A DNA stretch of 64,000 bases, from assembly GCA_977018835.1 (NCBI GenBank), contig OZ361257.1, positions 62,001 through 126,000 of the forward strand, read 5' to 3'. Position 1 is the first letter of the stretch, and every line of letters starts with the position of its first letter. The notes under the pieces are model-generated. The model was not told the DNA's origin. It did no database searches and was given only the letters and a program-made list of their open reading frames with translations. A program made the position numbers and the translations under genes. Of the stretch, positions 61,118-64,000 are shown in pieces. The stretch comes from Minutocellus sp. GHC0000111. Taxonomy: Eukaryota.

Positions 61118-61909
61118 TTTAGATTAAAATAAATAGAATCTACGTAAGCGTTTATTGTCATCTTGAGGGCAAGATCAACAGAGTCAAGGTACCTGTAATT
61201 CACCGCAGAAACTTCGTCTTTCTTATTCGTAATGATAGATCTAGATCTACTCAGGGCCGCTCCTGTAACCTCGGAATTGCTCATAGAGTCTAGTAGATCT
61301 GCCCATACTCTCTACTCGAATGACGAGCAGAGAATGCATCTCCCTCAGAACATCGGCCAGTCTCAAAATGGGACTTGGCTTCCTCCGCTACTCTAGCCGC
61401 TTCCTCTTTTGAACCACGTAGAAAGTAAAGTCTCGATCGTTCGTGAAGAGACAATCCTCGAGCTATGGCACCAGCAAGTGCACGGCAGTACCGGTAGATC
61501 TGTGCCTGTCCAAAATAAGCAATTTGAGACCTCGGGCCCGAGTCTCAATTGCTATGTTGCTCTTTAGATCTCTAGACTCTACCGTAGATCTACGTGCATG
61601 TAAAATGTGCTAAATCTACACTTAGTTCTAGATTTTATTCTGTATTAGCTGATGAACATTTTAGTAATGATGACACTTGGTTGGAGACAAAACTTTCTGT
61701 TGGACCGGTAGATCTTGAGTCTAGATCTACAAACAAAGGGTCTAGATCTACCGGTAGATCTAACATACGGTGGTCTTGTCAGGTCTCAATCTTTTGAGAT
61801 GAAATTGCCATCTCTTCTACAATGGGTCTTCCCTCTGGACGTTGTGAGGCTGATGATGGTAGGAGGAATGATAACCGTCAGGTAGATCTACAGGTATGCC
61901 ATTCCCGCC

Positions 61910-63946
61910 TCAATAAGACCCAGCGTAAGCATTTCCTTGGAATGAGCGCCGTTTTGCGGGTGACAAGCCCATGTTATTTGGATTGATCTGCAAGGGCGAA
62001 TTCATGTGATGGGGATGCGAACCTCCTCGAGCATAAATGTGTTTGTTCTGAGGAACATGGTGCATCTGCTGGGGCATACTAGTATCGCCAACGGGGTCGA
62101 GATGGAAGTTGGGAAATCGCCTACAGATCTTCGCCAGAATCCTCCTACCTCCTGCAGTGTTTCTCAATCCAGCACAGCTCTGACCTCCGTGTTGGGATGG
62201 TAGAAGATGCGGCCGAATAGCATCGACCAATCGAGTAGCCTGAGCGTGAGTTGCTACCGAAAGAGCCCTCTGGATAACGTAATTTCCAAACGGGTCCATC
62301 ATTAGCTCCCTAATTCGATCTGAATCGCTCAGTTCATCGAGGTATTGCTCCCTGACTTCATCAGTACAACGCTCAAGACACTTCTCCACCACGTTCGAAC
62401 TAAATTTCTGGATTGCAAGAGAGTTGACTCGACCGACAACACTTTCACAAACGACGTGTACGTCATTATCACCACATACATCAAGAACGTATTGAATTAC
62501 GTAGTTGCCGTAAGCATCTTGCATCAGCTCAAGGGCTTTCTCGACAATGCGATCCACCAAATGAGACCTTGCATCGCTAGGAGGCGAATCGAGACATCTT
62601 TGAATGACGCAGCAACCGTGGCGATGACGGGCGACATCACCCACACTGGCAGCAACAGCCTCAAAGACAAAGTGGGAATGTTGCTGGGGGAGCTTCAGAA
62701 GGATGCGTTGGATGACATGGTTACCATGGCTGTCAATGCACAGCCGTGCGGCAGCAGGGGAGAGGGAACGTGTCAAAATTGACGCTGATGTCTCGGTGGC
62801 CTCTACCGTTTCGCTGGACGGCTTTTCCTTGTTCTTGGCAACCATGATGGGTTCGTCAGATGCACATAGTTCTACAACTTTCTGGACGCTTCGTGTTCCG
62901 TGGAGGTTTAGGCTGGCGTTGACGAGTCTTGCGCTCACGCTTCGAACAAGAATGACACGTTCAGACGGAGTGATCTTCTCAAGAATTTTTTGAAAAAGGT
63001 AGGTACCAAATGGATCCACCATGGCTTCTCCCCAAAAAGATAGCCCTTCTTCAAGTATCATAGTAGCAGCCATGGGACCCTCCTCATCGAGAGCTTGCTG
63101 GAGTAAGCGGCATCCAACTTGGTCCCTGGACAAACGTCGAACATTGCCTAAAAGTTCATCAAGGGGAGGGCGCTGAGGGGCGGCATATAGAGTCGCAATC
63201 ACATCATTTTGAGTTGGCGATGCGCGTGGGGGTGGGCCACGGCTGTTGGATGGGGTTGGTCGACGAGAGTATGACATCTGGTCGTTAGAGAAAGAATGAG
63301 CACCACTGGAAGAGCCATCTCTAGCGTACGAGCGATTGTTTTCATAAGAGCTTTCGTAGATAAAATCAGGATCATCAAGGCGTCCTCGCTGGCCGCATGG
63401 GAGATTTTGTTTGCCAGAAGAGCTAAAATTTGACCCAATCCGCTGTGCGCCCCCTTGGTGATGCGCCTTTGACCTCCTAGGGTCATATTTTTTCGAATTT
63501 GGTGGAGACGGAACTTCCACATGCCCTCCTGCTGAAGCCATCATTGCTTGCGGTGGCATAGCTTGCGACTGCTGTGACATTGTGCCCGTGTTCAATGTCA
63601 CGCCCGGCATGCTCGAGGCCAAAACCACAGCAGGTTGAGATTGACCGGGAATCTGCACGACTTGCACTGGTTGAAGGACCTGGCGGCCGTCCGCAGTTGC
63701 AACAGCCATATAGAAAATCTGTTGATGCTGCTGTTGAGGGGGAAGGGCACTACCTGGCATCGAGTTTTGAATGGTGCCCACTTGGTGCGGATTTTGTTGA
63801 ACTGGGAAGAGCATGGGCATTTGGGACTTGTGCTGAGACTGAGAATCTTTTGCCGAAAAGTGTTCGTCTACCATAGGAGAGTTGGTCGATGCGGAAGGGT
63901 AGGAATCTCCTGCCATGTTGATGCTTCCAGGTTGATTGCTTTGCAT
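61910..63946 (-). CDS. Pumilio/PUF RNA-binding protein
   Basis: Eight PUF repeats (DQVGCRLLQ, HGTRSVQK, HGNHVIQ, HGCCVIQR, YGNYVIQ, FSSNVVEK, FGNYVIQ) after a Q/P/S-rich N-terminus. Confidence 0.95.
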   Translation of the reverse strand: MQSNQPGSINMAGDSYPSASTNSPMVDEHFSAKDSQSQHKSQMPMLFPVQQNPHQVGTIQNSMPGSALPPQQQHQQIFYMAVATADGRQVLQPVQVVQIPGQSQPAVVLASSMPGVTLNTGTMSQQSQAMPPQAMMASAGGHVEVPSPPNSKKYDPRRSKAHHQGGAQRIGSNFSSSGKQNLPCGQRGRLDDPDFIYESSYENNRSYARDGSSSGAHSFSNDQMSYSRRPTPSNSRGPPPRASPTQNDVIATLYAAPQRPPLDELLGNVRRLSRDQVGCRLLQQALDEEGPMAATMILEEGLSFWGEAMVDPFGTYLFQKILEKITPSERVILVRSVSARLVNASLNLHGTRSVQKVVELCASDEPIMVAKNKEKPSSETVEATETSASILTRSLSPAAARLCIDSHGNHVIQRILLKLPQQHSHFVFEAVAASVGDVARHRHGCCVIQRCLDSPPSDARSHLVDRIVEKALELMQDAYGNYVIQYVLDVCGDNDVHVVCESVVGRVNSLAIQKFSSNVVEKCLERCTDEVREQYLDELSDSDRIRELMMDPFGNYVIQRALSVATHAQATRLVDAIRPHLLPSQHGGQSCAGLRNTAGGRRILAKICRRFPNFHLDPVGDTSMPQQMHHVPQNKHIYARGGSHPHHMNSPLQINPNNMGLSPAKRRSFQGNAYAGSY

Positions 63947-64000
63947 GCGATGTGGTCTACCGTCAAAGTTATCTTCATTCGACGCGAGACTTACATGGCT

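Overview
Eukaryotic nuclear DNA, most likely a diatom (inferred from bipartite signal-peptide + ASAF-type plastid presequences and short GT-AG introns). The window has two contrasting halves that meet near a short (TTAGGG)4 tract at ~41.25 kb. 1-41 kb is gene-dense with few repeats (about 25 genes, including eIF2-gamma, TRM11-like, DUS1-like, MFS transporter, TauD-like dioxygenase, gamma-CA-like, sulfotransferase and fucosyltransferase-like). 41-64 kb is gene-sparse and full of TA-flanked CAGT...ACTG MITEs, with ARF1, cyclophilin, a Pumilio protein, a CAMK-type kinase and two AAA ATPases. Two window-wide patterns stand out. (1) The apparent low-complexity DNA is built from short TA-bounded motifs (TAGATCTA, TACATGTA, TACCGGTA and others). 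Pairwise comparison of repeat copies shows these motifs where the other copy has a plain TA, as expected of accumulated DNA-transposon excision footprints. (2) About 12 genes carry in-frame stops, small frameshifting deletions or truncations, which suggests either a decaying haplotype/region or consensus errors. All family calls come from motif recognition by eye; no database searches were run.
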